DNA of 64,000 nucleotides from Eledone cirrhosa (lineage: Eukaryota): positions 176,452,001-176,516,000 of the forward strand of contig OZ024743.1 of assembly GCA_964016885.1 (NCBI GenBank). The letters are read 5' to 3'. The number at the start of each line of letters is the position of its first letter. Position 1 is the first letter of the stretch. Below are positions 39,707 to 54,960 of this stretch, piece after piece. Under the pieces are notes generated by a model. The model was not told where the DNA came from. It worked only from the letters and a program-made list of their open reading frames with translations, and did no database searches. The translations under genes were made by a program, and so were the position numbers.

Positions 39707-40292
39707 ATATATATATATATATATATATCATAAATCATGTCTTTAGAATCATCAGATAATAAAATATATACTATTTCTTCTTCTAATTAGCATAACTAAC
39801 CATATAAAAAATCAATCAGAACAAGCTATAATAATAAATGCTCTTATGGGCAAATCTCCTACAAATAACCGAACGTGGCCTCTTCGCGGCGGCCTCAATC
39901 GACTATTTATCCAACATTTCGACAGCATGTAGAAACTGACTAAATATACCATCAACCATACACAATTAGGTGTAAAATTTAACTTAGAAGAAATGCGCAC
40001 ATACCGTAATTATATTTCTACCATGGTTTCTTCCTTATTTTAGACATCCAAATAATAGGAATGTCCTGAGTTAGGATTCATCAGGAGACAAACTCAAAAT
40101 CAGACATCTAGTTTTTCAATCCGATCCCGCCAAAAATAAATTCAAAAATGGCTAAGATACGCTATGTGGCTGTGGACAAGCCAGAGAGAAAGGATGTGAT
40201 TGGTTGCTTACGGCGGGTAGGCTTGCTGCTAGAAAGCGCAGCCAAATATCGCCAAATTTAATCTCAACCTATTGGGAGATTATTAAATATTA

Positions 40293-40424
<132 letters not shown>

Positions 40425-41367
40425 ACATATATAAACATAAATTATCGAGATTCGCATTTCGACCCACGAAATAACGAAAAACAACCTCCGAGATGTGCGG
40501 CAAGTGCTCAATGATTCAGATGAACCAGAGCTATAACAAACGTTAAAGACCAAACACACTGAGACGATGGTTAAACAATCATTCGCATAGCCAAAAAAAC
40601 GATCAAGTAATTCGGGTACACATACATACATATATCCATATCCATATATGTACCCACATTAAGTTGTTTATCTACTAATTAACCAATAGTGTCCACTCTG
40701 AGTTATAACTTCGTATTTACAATAAATGATTTTTGTTTAAACCATCGACTGAGAAGATATCGGTCGTATCTAAACAGATTAAACGTGGCTACCTTACTTA
40801 AACTGGAATATATCCAAATTCCCAGGTGGCAGACCTCCCTTTATTTGAAACAAGCATTCTTTTGTACGTATTTTGTTTCTCTGTCTGTTATTCACATAAC
40901 TAACCCGCTGACACTATTCAATTATTTGAATTTATCACCAAATATGTTTTTCCTCTTAACGGTTGATTTCAACTGCCCTCCTCTTTCTAGGGTCATGTGA
41001 TTCTGCTACCTTATGAAACTGCTATTTTTATCATTATGATGTTCCAGTTCGACTCTACCAGTCACTCGATTCTCGTTTGGATTGAGACTGAACTCCCGCT
41101 GATTAAAAGTTACATCAGTCCTGGTTACGCATTATTAGGAAATATTGCATAACTTCTGAGTGTAAAACTTGATGAAACCGTTTTACACAGGATGTGGCAT
41201 GGACACTGTACAGTTGGGGTCTATGCTTTGTCCACACACTAATTCGTTTATTTACTAATTAACAAATAATATCAGATTATATATGTATAGTTTCGCTAAT
41301 TTTGATGTCCCTCCCTCTATATATATATATACTCTGTCGTTTGCTTTGTTATTTCTATTTACCTTTT

Positions 41368-41402
<35 letters not shown>

Positions 41403-41792
41403 CACACACACACACACATATATATATATTATGGAGAGTACTCAACGTAATATAACATATTCCTTTGTTATATTTCGAATACCTGATGATATCACCCGGT
41501 CATTAAAATGATCATGGTATAATAAACCTTTCAAGGATTTACACCAGTCTAGCCTCATGTCATTTTATAATATATATATAAAACATCATGTTTCCATTAA
41601 AGCAGGGAACTGAAAAGATAGTGCCTCTATCTTCATAAATTAATCTAATTCATCCTCTTTAATGCCCCAGTGCCCATTGATTTCAAAAGAAAGTGGGAAT
41701 CCCAGGTTTCTCCATTCTATAGAAAACAACCGAAATTGAAACATGGGTCAATAATTACTTATTTATAATTATACATTATTATTATTAGCAAA

Positions 41793-42103
41793 TGGCGGTG
41801 AATTGGCAGTATAGGTAGAGGGTCGGACGCCATGCTTTCCAGCATAGTTACGTCCCTTTACGATTTGAGTTCAAATCCCGCCGAGGTTGACTTTGCCTTT
41901 CATCCTTACGGGGTCGATAAAATAAAGTACCAGTAATGCACTGGATAATTGCTGGCCTTGTGCCTAAAGTAGAAACAATTATTATTAGCATTATTAAATC
42001 CCGCCGAGGTTAACTTTGCCATTCATCCTTACGGGGTCGATAAAATAAAGTACCAGTAATGTACTGGGTATTTGCTGGCCTTGTGCCTAAAGTAGAAACA
42101 ATT
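41793..42103 (+). mobile_element. tRNA-derived SINE plus tandem partial copy
   Basis: Full copy 41793-41980; 3' half repeated at 41995-42103. Confidence 0.85.
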
Positions 42104-42765
42104 ATTAGCATTATTATTATTATTATTTTATGATAATAATAATTAATTTGTGTGCTATTTCTGGGGGTTGGTGATGATTGTGGTGTCCTTTGGTGTTGTT
42201 GTTGTTGCCATTGTTGTTATTGAGGTCGTTGAAGTTGGTGGTGCTGTTGTTGCTGTTGTTGCTGTTGATAATGATGATGATGAGGATGATCATGTGGGGT
42301 GTTGTTCAAGGTGGTGATGGCGGTGGTGTTATAGCTGTGGTCGTTTTGTTGCGGATAGTGGCAATGATGGTGTCAGTGGTGTTGATGATCATGATGATGA
42401 CGATAATGATGATGACGATGTTGATGTTGATGATGATGATGATAGCGCTGGGGTATGTTTTCACCAGTCAGATATTTAAATTCACTGTTATTAATTGTGT
42501 CGGCGGCCAAGTTCAATAACCCCATCGACCATTCTCTCTCGTCGCCTGCCTCATCCTGTGTTAGTGAGAGAGTGTGTTAATATGTGCGTGCGTGTGTGTG
42601 TGTATGTGTGTGTACGTGTGTTGGTGTATATGTGGAGTGGTAGTTCTGAGTCCTATGCGTGTGTAGTTAAATAATTAAACAAGGAAAAACATCTTTTCTA
42701 AAAATCTCCTCTCATTTTCAGTACATACGCACGCACACACACACACACACATATATATATGTATG

Positions 42766-42796
<31 letters not shown>

Positions 42797-42799
42797 TTA

Positions 42800-43866
<1,067 letters not shown>

Positions 43867-43919
43867 ATATATTTATATATGTATGTATGTATATATATGT
43901 ATGTATATGTATATATATC

Positions 43920-43954
<35 letters not shown>

Positions 43955-44240
43955 CTATGTGTATATATATATATATATAAAGAGAGAGAGAGAGAGATCT
44001 ATATATATATATATATACATAAATATGTATGTATATATATATACATATATATATTTACATAATAAACAACACAATATAATTATACTACTACCAAAGTTTT
44101 CAGGGAACAAGAGGATGCTAACAGAAACGTCCAGTATGCTCATCAATTGAAATATTTATGTTATTGATATAAGATTTGAAATTAAAATTTGAAAGTTTTT
44201 TTTTAAATTCTGATATCAAATGTTATAGCCATAACATAAA

Positions 44241-44314
44241 TATTTCATCTGATGAGCGTACTGGACGTTTCTGTTAAAATTGTCTAGTTTCCTGAAACTT
44301 TTGGTAATGGAATA
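44241..44314 (+). ncRNA. Type I HHR candidate inside fold-back 44055-44340
   Basis: tatttcat-CTGATGA-(ctggac/gtctag stem)-GAAA-cttttgg-TA-atggaata. 8-bp stem I. Confidence 0.65.
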
Positions 44315-44414
44315 ATTATATTGTGTTGTTTATTATGTAATGAAATAGCTCTGTACTATACATAGAGCACTCTTCTTTCCTTTACCTTTTCTACGGAAAT
44401 ACATAACACACACA

Positions 44415-44522
<108 letters not shown>

Positions 44523-45876
44523 TGTATATATATATATATAAATTTTGGCTCTACATGGCTGAATACAATAAATGTAATCTGAGTTTTACGAATATTAATA
44601 ATAACATTCGATTCGTTTGCAATTATGCAAACAAGCCTCATTTTTAAAGCCATGTCAGTATAATGAACCCTTCATTCTTGCTCTTGTGTTTGCATGTAAA
44701 CAGAACGGCAGACACTAATGTTTCTGGGTATCACCCTTCATCAGTACACCTCACAGTTCACCTGCCAACTATCGCTGGAAGTCTCTACTGCTACAGGCTC
44801 TACTATAAACCTATGAGAGAGCGGCTGATACTTGAACAGTTTGTCCTCTTTGGCCTGACGGGCAGCAGAGCCTGGGCTGGAAGCCTAACGCACCAGGTTG
44901 CCGCAAAGAAGGTGTCATAACATTTTATATTTCTTATAGGCAGTAGGCTGGCAGAGTCATTAGATCGGCGGTTTAATACCTCGATAGTTTTCCAGTTTCC
45001 TGACCTCAGAAATCAAATCCCGTCATAGTTATTTTTGTCAGTCATCGTTTTGCGGTCTATAATTAAATTACCCATCCAAGGTTGGGGGATTAACGGAATT
45101 GTTAGGGTCAGGTGGGATTAGACCCTACAGCCATAGACGAAGAATAGCACAATGGCCGAATGAAAGAAAATAAACTTAGGATGGTAATGTTTGGAACACA
45201 ATTCGTTATAGACAGGTATGGTTCCGTCAGAGTTAACCTGGGGTTAAACCAGCATCACCACCTTCATTAGCCCCACCACGACTACTACCACTACCACCAT
45301 TACCTCTACCAATAGCAACACCACTACTATCAGTACCATTACCACCTCCACAGACACCACAACCACCATTACCACTACCACTACTAAAACCACCAATATG
45401 ACCACTATCTCTACCATTACCATCACCACCACAACCACCTCTACGGTTACCACTGCCACTACTACTGCTACCAATACCACCACAATCACTATCAAAACAA
45501 TCACCACAACAACAACAGCAACCATCACATTTTCTCAACGCTAAAAATTGATGTAAATTTTTGCATCATTTTTTTTTTTCTCCGACTAAAAAAAAAATTT
45601 AGAATTTCCGATTTTTCTGGTATTGGAACCTAAAAGAAAATTAAGGAAAGCTTGGAAGAAATGGCGACTAAACAAAACCACCACCATCATTATCATCATT
45701 ATCAACAACAACAACAACAACAACAGCACTACCACCATCACCATTGCCATCATCATCATTATCAACAACAGCAGCACTACCACTATCACCATAACAGCAG
45801 CACCATTGTCATCATCATCATTATCAACAACAACAACAGCACTACTACTATCCCCATGACAACATCATCGTCGTCG

Positions 45877-45912
<36 letters not shown>

Positions 45913-45954
45913 ACATCATCATTATTATCAACAACACTACCATCAACACCATAA

Positions 45955-45992
<38 letters not shown>

Positions 45993-46440
45993 ACAACACA
46001 ATACCAACAACACTACCATCAACACCATAACATCAGCACCATCGTTATCACCATCATCATCAACAACAATAACGACAGCTCGGAAGAAATGACGATTAAA
46101 CATTAAACATCTTTTACTGGACGCCTGCAGGAAAATAATGTGGGCTGGAAATGAAATTTCAGAGAGAGGGCGTTCTTGGGGAGAAAGGGTAGGGTATTGT
46201 GGTTGGTATGAATCTCGTTTTAGAAATGTCTTCCCATTCCTTTTTTTGTTTTTTTTTGCTGTTGTTTTCAATTTTATTTTAAAAAATAGGGTCTTTATTC
46301 CAATTTAATAAATTTCCCAATCTTTTCCGTAAATTCCATTAATAGAGGAATTGTAGGAATATAATTAATATGTTGTAGTTAGAGAAAATAAAGGAATGAG
46401 ATATGGAAACGTCGATGTAGGAAGGAAGGGAAAGGGAGTA

Positions 46441-46508
<68 letters not shown>

Positions 46509-46716
46509 AAAAAGAAACAATGAAAGAAAGATAGAAAGAAAGAAAGAAAAACAAAAAGAAAGAAAGAAATGAATTCAATGGTTTAAAAATCATAAAATGG
46601 AAAAAATAAACAGAAGCAGGTGTGTAGCGGGTTGGAAAAAAAATCAAATCAAATAAATAACGAGAAAGTTGGAGGGTAAAAGACGTAAAATTATAAAGGC
46701 AGATTGCTATGTGTGG

Positions 46717-46750
<34 letters not shown>

Positions 46751-46829
46751 GAATGTGTGTGTATATGAATATATTTGTGTGTATGTATGTGCTTTGGGTG
46801 GGTGTGAAGTTGTGAGCTGGGTAGACGCA

Positions 46830-47145
46830 TGGCATATTAGTTACGGCGTTTGCAATGTCTTGAGATCGATTATCGTTAGCCCGTTGTGTCCTTGAGCAAG
46901 ACACTTGATTTTCCGTTGCTCTAGTCTACTCAGTTAGCAAAAATGAGATGCACTTGCAGTTTAATAGCTAGCTTTAATAGATAGCTTTCTCGCACGCTTT
47001 GTCAGGGCGAATATCTATGAGAATTACATAAAAGGTACATATTTGATGAATGCTAAGTCACTTTCACGTTGCTTTTTGGAACAGACTCTTGCGTTAACCA
47101 AACCAACTGGACTATTCGTAGTAGAAACCGACGGATGTTCAACAA
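46830..47145 (+). mobile_element. Second SINE family (gtgtccttgagcaagacact core); relatives at ~56165-56420, ~60200-60490, ~6300-6520(-), ~61550-61660(-)
   Basis: Shared core and tail motifs between the listed loci; degraded. Confidence 0.55.
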
Positions 47146-47409
47146 ACAGAGTTGTGCGCTAAGCAGGCGAAGTATACGATGAATCTATATCTGGATGTAT
47201 AATCATTTTATTACGCATAAATAGTGAGACTTGTTACTCTGGAGTTTCGCCTGTTTATCACAGGGTCATCAGGTAAAAAGGCGAAACTCCAGAGTAACAA
47301 GGCTCATTATTCAATTATTCAGCCTTGATAAAATGAATATTAAATCTCTCCTTTGGAATTGAGCATTCTTTTCTCTCAGCTGTTAACCATATATGGGTAT
47401 ATATATATA

Positions 47410-48573
47410 TCTGTATATAAAAATTAAGTATGTGTGTCTGTGTGTGTCTGTGTGTCTGTGTATTACCTATAGGCGCCTACATCTTACGACCGATTTTCAT
47501 GAAACTTTACAGGCTTATAGATTAATCACCGAGGAGAGTTTTCTATATAACAGCGTATCTTTTTTTTTATTCCGGGGTCATTCTGCAGATAAAGATCGAT
47601 AGGAGGTCACCTATTTTTAGGTATTGAAAAATAAGATTTTTGGCTCTAGCTCCCACATTTTGCCACTGATTTCGTTCAAATTTTAAAGCATAATAGAATT
47701 TATCATTGCACATCCTGTAATGGCTTTATATTTTGCATTTGTTGTTCAGGTACGGCGTGGCAGCCGCTTAAATATTCAAAAATACCACTTTTAGATTTCA
47801 AATTTCCACTTTTTCGGCTTTAGCTCCCACATTATTCAACCTATTTTGTTCAAATTTTACACTACGCTAGATCTGATTATTTTACGGCTTAAAGTAGCTT
47901 TACATTTTGGATTTTTTGTTCAGGAACGGCGTGACAGCCGCTTAAATACTAGAAAATATCACCTTTTCGCTCAAATTTCCGCCTTTTCGGCTCTAGCTAC
48001 CACATTTTTCAACCGATTTCGTTCAAATTCGAAACTACGGCTCCACCACACATATAAATCAATTTATTTGGTTCAACGTTTATACTACCATATAACGTAT
48101 CATTGCACATCTTATGGTAGCTTTACACTTTGCATTTTTTGTTCAGGGACGGCGACCTATCATTAGCTCACACATTTTTCAACCGATTTCGTTCAAATTC
48201 GAAACTTCGGCTCCACCTCACACATAAATCAATTTATTAGGTTCAACTTTTATACTACGATAGAACCTATCATTGCACATCTTATAGATGGTCAAAGGCA
48301 AAACGATGGCCACTGACGTCGACTGAGCTTTTAGTTGTGTATTTGATAATTCATTGGTTTGCAATCAAATAGCTTGAGGAAAATTGGCTTAGTGTTAGAG
48401 GTCATTACCTCCCACCCCCAGCATGCCCCCTCGTCAGTCACCCGTGTTTCTCAGTGATAGAGGTCATCACCACCCTCCCCTGCATGGCCTGCGTGTAGCC
48501 ATAAATCAGTCATCGAGAAGCAGTCGCTAGATATTATTTTACCTACCCAGGCAACGCTGGATACTGCTGCTAG
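47410..48573 (+). mobile_element. Non-autonomous Helitron
   Basis: 5' TC-tgtatataaaa..(tgtc)n; 3' ccaggcaacgctgg hairpin followed by CTAG; A|T insertion site; internal tandem subrepeats. Confidence 0.75.
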
Positions 48574-48594
48574 TATATATATATATATATTTAA

Positions 48595-48765
48595 TAGCAG
48601 CAGTATCCAGCGTTGCCTGGGTAGGTAAAATAATATCTGCTTTGATGAAAAGGTGTTGATCTTAGCGACTGCTTCTCGATGGCTACACACAGGCCATGCG
48701 GGGGAGGGTGGTGTAATTCGGACTGTTTGTTTGTTTACAAACAAACAAACCGAGCATTATAATAA
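48595..48765 (-). mobile_element. Short Helitron derivative, tail-to-tail with 47410-48573
   Basis: tagcagcagtatccagcgttgcctgggtaggtaaaataatatct is the reverse complement of ~48529-48572. Confidence 0.65.
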
Positions 48766-49252
48766 ATGTTCGGTAAACCGATACGTGCCTATATATATGT
48801 GTGCATGTATGTATATATATACATACTACTGTACGTCTGTATACATATGTGTATGTACGTATACATACATACTTACATATATATATATAGGGTACTCTTT
48901 TCTCTCAGCCTTCGACTACATACGTATCTGAATATATAGAGATATAAATGTATCGTATCAGTATTAACTACCATGGTCAATGCAAATAATATACACATTT
49001 ATATGCCTATTTCATGATAGTATTATAAATGATAGGGTTTGTACGAACATCGGTTATATATTTGCTTGTGGCTATTTAGATGATATACATATCTGCAGAT
49101 GAAAACCCAACTAGGCTCGAAAATCGATTAAGGATAGTATCCTCTTTTTCTATTTATAGGGAAATATATATATATATGGAGTGTTTAATTGTCTATATCC
49201 CCAATGTGTGAATTTATCTACGTATTTTCGCTATGTCTCTGTTATATCTATG

Positions 49253-49300
<48 letters not shown>

Positions 49301-49609
49301 TATTTTCCGTTGTGTTGTAATGAAAGGATACGTACACTTGAAAGAAAAATTTAAGTCTGAATGTTAATTAAGTGCAAACACAAAACCAACCACGCATATC
49401 TTTACTATCTCTAATCCTTCTATAGATTTAGAAAAATAACCAATAATATATTCTATAAAAATGTCAAAACAACAGATGGGAATCTAATTACTCACTGCCA
49501 CCAAAAATTCTCACTGCTATCAAAAAACCACTCCCTCGACTATTCTTCTAACAACTTCACCCCTCCCTCCTAATATTCTCTATAAAAACCAAACAGGTCC
49601 TCAGTAATA

Positions 49610-49730
49610 TTATTCTGATGAAATGACAGTAAATAATAACATTGAAATATTGAATGTCTGCATAACTAATACTTTGTAGATAGCAGCTGTTTTCAGGTTA
49701 TGTAACTGTTATAGAAACACGTGTCAATAA
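49610..49730 (+). ncRNA. Type I HHR with ~90-nt stem II insertion
   Basis: ttatt-CTGATGA-a-atgacagt...actgttat-a-GAAA-cacgtg-TC-aataa. Confidence 0.65.
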
Positions 49731-50100
49731 ATTCCTTTTAACTAAACTGTATCCATTCAAATACTTCTATATATATATATATATATTTTATATAGTTCGA
49801 AAGGACAAACGCAGGTGTCAATAGTACATAATTGTATCAGCTTCACGCTTGGTGAGAGTGGGGGAGGTTTCGACGTTTCGGACATAAAGTCTTTCATTAG
49901 GAAAATAGAGAGGAAATTAGGGGGAGAGAGTGAGGGCGGTAGTAAGAAGGGAGGTTAACAGGAAGAACACGAAGGGAAGGGAAAATAAAAATAAATACAA
50001 TACATTTCGCTAATCTAGATATAGAATAAACCACATCTGAGCTTTAAACATCTGAACGCCTTACTGATGTATTATCAACTTACAGAATTTTCCTTATATA

Positions 50101-50238
<138 letters not shown>

Positions 50239-50250
50239 TGTATATATATA

Positions 50251-51440
50251 CTAGCAGAGGTACCCGGCGTTGCTCGGGTATTAAATACCAGTTATGTATA
50301 CCATTTATGTCAATACTTCAGTGCTGCTTCGAAAACTATACTTTTACAAAATCATCGGCTTTTTCCAAAAGGGGGTTCTTGCCTCCAGGGGTCCCCTACT
50401 CAGTACTTGCCAATTCTGAGATTTCACATTCATCTGTAGAACAAACGTAGCCCATGTGTCAAGTTTTGTGAAAATCGGTTGCGAACTCCAGAAGTTATGA
50501 CGTTTTGTTGCATTGCACTGCAGTGCTTCAGTCGACTTCAAGGAAGTGGCTAAAGTACGTTCAAATTTCTCTGAATTACTACACTGATAGATGAAGGTCC
50601 GGCGGACACATCGGTCAAAAATATTTTCAAATCGACCCACGCCAAGTGCAAAAATCGAATTTGTAATGTATTGATTTTTCAGTTCAAAAGTATAAATAGA
50701 GATGAGAGACGAGTTATTTCCCTTTTATGGCGTCATTTGTTTATCTATTTACGTTACGAACAAACTACACGTACAAAAATATGCGAACAGTTTTCGGGCC
50801 AGCAAAATTTTAACCTGTAAAATTCATGAGTTCGAAGTTTCAACATTAAGCTTCCATTTTGCTTCATTTCCATTAAAAAGTATTTTAAAACAATATTTCA
50901 GCGCATCAGCCTCGCCATCACAAGAAGCAACGCTGCGAGTGTGCTGGCTTGCCTAAAAAACCATTAGAGAGGTTGCCCAGTACTCGCGACGTTTCTATCT
51001 TTTGCTCTGTTGTTGGCTCCGTTGTTCACCCCTTCCTTTACATTTTCTTTAATATTGTAGCATTGAAGGAATATATCTTTCATTGTATCATCCTTTGTAG
51101 TGTTACCGAGGCATTTGTAATGTTATTTATGTATATATTTAAAACATATTTGTTATGTTATTCTACTGTAAATTTATTTATATACTCTGTTTATATTTTC
51201 ATTCTGAAGGAATTGCAAACGATTTGTAATGTTGTTTGTGCAACTATGAATAAAATATTTTTACTTGAAAACAAGCCTATTTGAATACACTACTAGCCTC
51301 AAAAATATATGAAACTACATACATGTTGCAACTCTCTCTCTATATATATCACACACACACATATACATCTTAAGAGAGAAAGGGAGATGTAGAGAGAGAG
51401 AAAGTGAGATAGGTCGTTATACAGAGAGAGGTACAAGATA

Positions 51441-51491
<51 letters not shown>

Positions 51492-52071
51492 GCGACGAAC
51501 GCTGGTTGTAAAGGAAGGGGTGAACAACGGAGCCAACACCAGAGCAAAAGACAGCAACGTCACGAGTACTGGGCAACCTCTCTAATGATTTTTGAGGCAA
51601 GCCAGCACACTCGCAGCGTTGCTTCTTGTGATGGCGAGGCTGATGCGCTGAAATATTGTTTTAAAAGACTTTTTAATGGAAATGAAGCAAAATGGAAGCT
51701 TAATGTTGAAACTTCGAACTCATGAATTTTACAGGTTAAAATTTTGCTGGCTCGAAAACTGTTCGCGTATTTTTGTACGTGTAGTTTGTTCTTAACGTAA
51801 ATAGATAAACAAATGACGCCATAAAAGGGAAATAACTCGTCTCTCATCTCTATTTATACATTTGAACTGAAAAATCAATACATTACAAATTCGATTTTTG
51901 CACTTGGCGTGGGTCGATTTGAAAATATTTTTAACCGATGTGTCCGCCGGACCTTCATCAAACAGTGTAGTAATTCACCGAAATTTGAACGTACGGTTTA
52001 GGAGGAGATGTGTGCCGACCGTTTTAGTAGACAGACATGCAGACAGACAACCTCAGTTTTATATATAGAGA
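50251..52071 (-). mobile_element. Non-autonomous Helitron with ~490-bp internal inverted repeat
   Basis: Minus 5' TC-tctatatataaaactgaggttgtctgtctg; 3' cccgagcaacgccggg hairpin plus CTAG at 50251. Arms ~50555-51043 and ~51507-51994. Confidence 0.8.
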
Positions 52072-52326
52072 TTGTCTTTGCGTGTAATTGTTCTCTCGCT
52101 CCACATAGTGCCGTAATTATCTTCGCTTTTTTCCCGTTTATTGCCAGGGAACGTTTTCACAAACCACAGTATCGTCTTGCTATTTTCTTTCGGTTGCAAC
52201 GTTTTTCGAAATATTTACTTCTGCGTCCACAGATTGATTCTTTTTAGTTTCAGAAAATCCGGTTAAGAGTGAAAGCAGCGATTCTTTGCTTAAACTTTAA
52301 TCTGTTAATTAAATAAATAAATATAT

Positions 52327-52410
<84 letters not shown>

Positions 52411-52510
52411 AGAAATGTCGTATTTCTAAAGAAACATGGTTTTAGGAAGCCATAGCTATGCGAACACCGGGGCTAACGCCCTCTGGTGGTGTCCAGAAGC
52501 AAGGGGGACA

Positions 52511-52554
52511 ACCGTCTATGCATTTCAGGCTTGACTGTCCTTCTTCAGGACGGT
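52511..52554 (-). ncRNA. Minimal type I hammerhead ribozyme in the loop of fold-back 52405-52706
   Basis: accgtc-CTGAAGA-agg...cct-GAAA-tgca-TA-gacggt. Perfect 6-bp stem I. Confidence 0.85.
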
Positions 52555-52742
52555 CTCTCCCACCGCTTGCAACTGCTGGACTTGAAAACAGTCGAGAATA
52601 TATAGTTTTCTCGTCTGGACACCACCAGAGGGCGTTAGCCCCAGTGTTTGCATAGTTACGGCTTCCTGAAACCGTGTTTCTTTAGAAATACGAAATTTCT
52701 ATACATATTTGTATAAAGCTATGCTTGAAGTGAAATCTTATT

Positions 52743-52820
<78 letters not shown>

Positions 52821-52856
52821 GATATTAATAAATGGAAACTATATTTATAAAATATT

Positions 52857-52917
52857 TATTCTATTATATATATTTCAAGGGTACCAAATCTTTGGTACGC
52901 TCTCATCAGATAAAATA
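52857..52917 (-). ncRNA. Type I hammerhead ribozyme within inverted-end insert 52818-53020
   Basis: tattttat-CTGATGA-gagc-gtaccaa/ttggtac-cctt-GAAA-tatata-TA-atagaata. Confidence 0.8.
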
Positions 52918-54509
52918 CAAAATTTGTTTTATAAATAGTGACATACCCAGGAATCAGACCTTAACGGTTCAAGTTCCGTTTGGATAGTTATAAATATAGT
53001 TTCCATTTATTAATATCATTGATATTATACTCCAGAAACCTGTCGAGTGGTTCGAATTTGTTATAAATATATTTGTTGAATTACCAACAAATTAAATATC
53101 CCTTTGCTTATATATATATATAAATGCAATACGTTTGTCTCACTTAATTAATGAAGAATTTTGAAAGATTTACTAAAATTATTAATTATATTATTACTAT
53201 GATATTAACTTAAACATATTGTTCTTATAAAATTGTGTAGGAAAACTTTTTATTTAGATAGGTATATGTTAAAATTATTCAGTTTGCTTATAAAAACTAG
53301 AGCCAGTTTAACAATGTTCGTTACAAAAGAGTTAAATAGCAATGTAGTGTGACGGCAACAGCGTAAAACTTTACTTGTATTTGACATTGAGAGAAAACAC
53401 TTTTGTTTTCTCCTCTGAATGACAAACAATGCTAAGGGATGAATATCTTTGCATTATTTCATTTTAATGATTCACACGTCTATCTCCTGATACGACATAA
53501 TTATGTTAGCATACATGTTTTAATTACAATTTTTCAAACGACTTGCTAGATTTTGAGTAATAAATACAGGTGGTAGCAGTGTTTTCTGTGATGGTTTCGG
53601 TGATGGTAGCAGTAAATGGTAGTGATAGTAGGGGGTAGTATCAACTGCTGGTATTAATTATTCAGTGAGAATTTGGAATGAAGGAGACATTAATGTAATG
53701 CACCTTAAATGAAACTTTACTCTTCACCATATGTTCTCACAAATTGTTCTCTTAATTAACAACACGTTACCACTGCCAACATCTCTCATCGTCATTAGGG
53801 CTGCCACACAACAGAATTGCTGATGAAATAACAACAACCAACCTTTCAATTATTTGCATTATTATTTTCATAACATTTTAACTAACATTGTCTTGAATTT
53901 ATCCATGAAATTGATACTAGAATATTTAGCCATTATTGTTGCAGACTAGAGCGGTGGATTGGCAGTATCGGTTGCGAGACGGACGCCATGATTTGCAGCA
54001 TAGAGTTACGGCCCTTTATGATCTGAGTTTCCCCAAAATTGCCGGCCTTGTGCTTATATAAGAAACCATTGTTGTAGCAGACTGACGTATAAAAATTGTT
54101 ATTACAGAATTTATTATGTATGTTTTTCGGTTGGGCTGAAGGCTGTGCATTATTCTAAAATTCAAGAGTTCGATTCCTGGTAGTTGCGTTCTGTCCTAGA
54201 ACAAGACACTTTATTTCCCGTTGTCCACTCAGTTGGTGAAACATGAATTTTAACTAATTCAAAATATGCCGTGGGTACTTAATTCCTGATGGTTTCTTTG
54301 GGGCTGCATCGTGACATTCAGCATGATGTTTAAAGATGGCGTCGCCCATCCTTCTTTACCTCGTAACACTGCCGATTGTTTCTAGATAAAAAAAGGAAGA
54401 AGAGGGAGAAATATATATAACTGGTACTTGTTAATCAATCTCGAATTGATGAAAAGCAAAGTGGGCCGAGGTGGGATTTGATCTCTGATTGCAGACAGCA
54501 AGAAAAAAC

Positions 54510-54960
54510 AATAATTTCTAGTATAGGCACAACACCAGTAATTTGGGGGGAGGGGAAGTCGATTAAATTGACCCCGGTACGTTACTGGTGCTTTATTTTA
54601 TCGATCCCGTAAGGATGAAAGGCAAAGTGAATCTCGGCGTGATTTGAACTCAGGCCGTAAAGGACCGTAACTCTATGCTGCAAATCATGGCGTCTGACGC
54701 TCTGCCGATTCTGTCAATCCACCGCCCTAGCAAGAAAAAATAATGGTTTCTTATATAGGCACAAGGCCAGAAATGTTGAGGGAGGGGAAAGTCGATTAAA
54801 TCGACACCAGTGCGTGACTGGTACTTTATTTTATCCACTCCGTATGGATGAAAGGCAAAGTTAACCACGGCGGGATTTGAACTCAGACCATAAAGGACAG
54901 TAACTCTATGCTGCAAAGCATGGCGTCTGAGACTCTAACGATTCTGCCAATCCATTGCCC
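54510..54960 (-). mobile_element. Two tandem tRNA-derived SINE copies
   Basis: 54510-54727 and 54740-54960; same family as 21725. Confidence 0.85.

Noticed and set aside
45233-46080. Gly/Ser-rich and His/Gln-rich ORFs as a host gene exon
   Set aside because: Degenerate (ACC)/(ATC)/(AAC) repeats are open in several frames; no domain or splice evidence.
50702-51847. Duplicated 84/95-aa ORFs (MRDELFPFYG...)
   Set aside because: Product of the inverted repeat inside the Helitron; no recognisable protein features.
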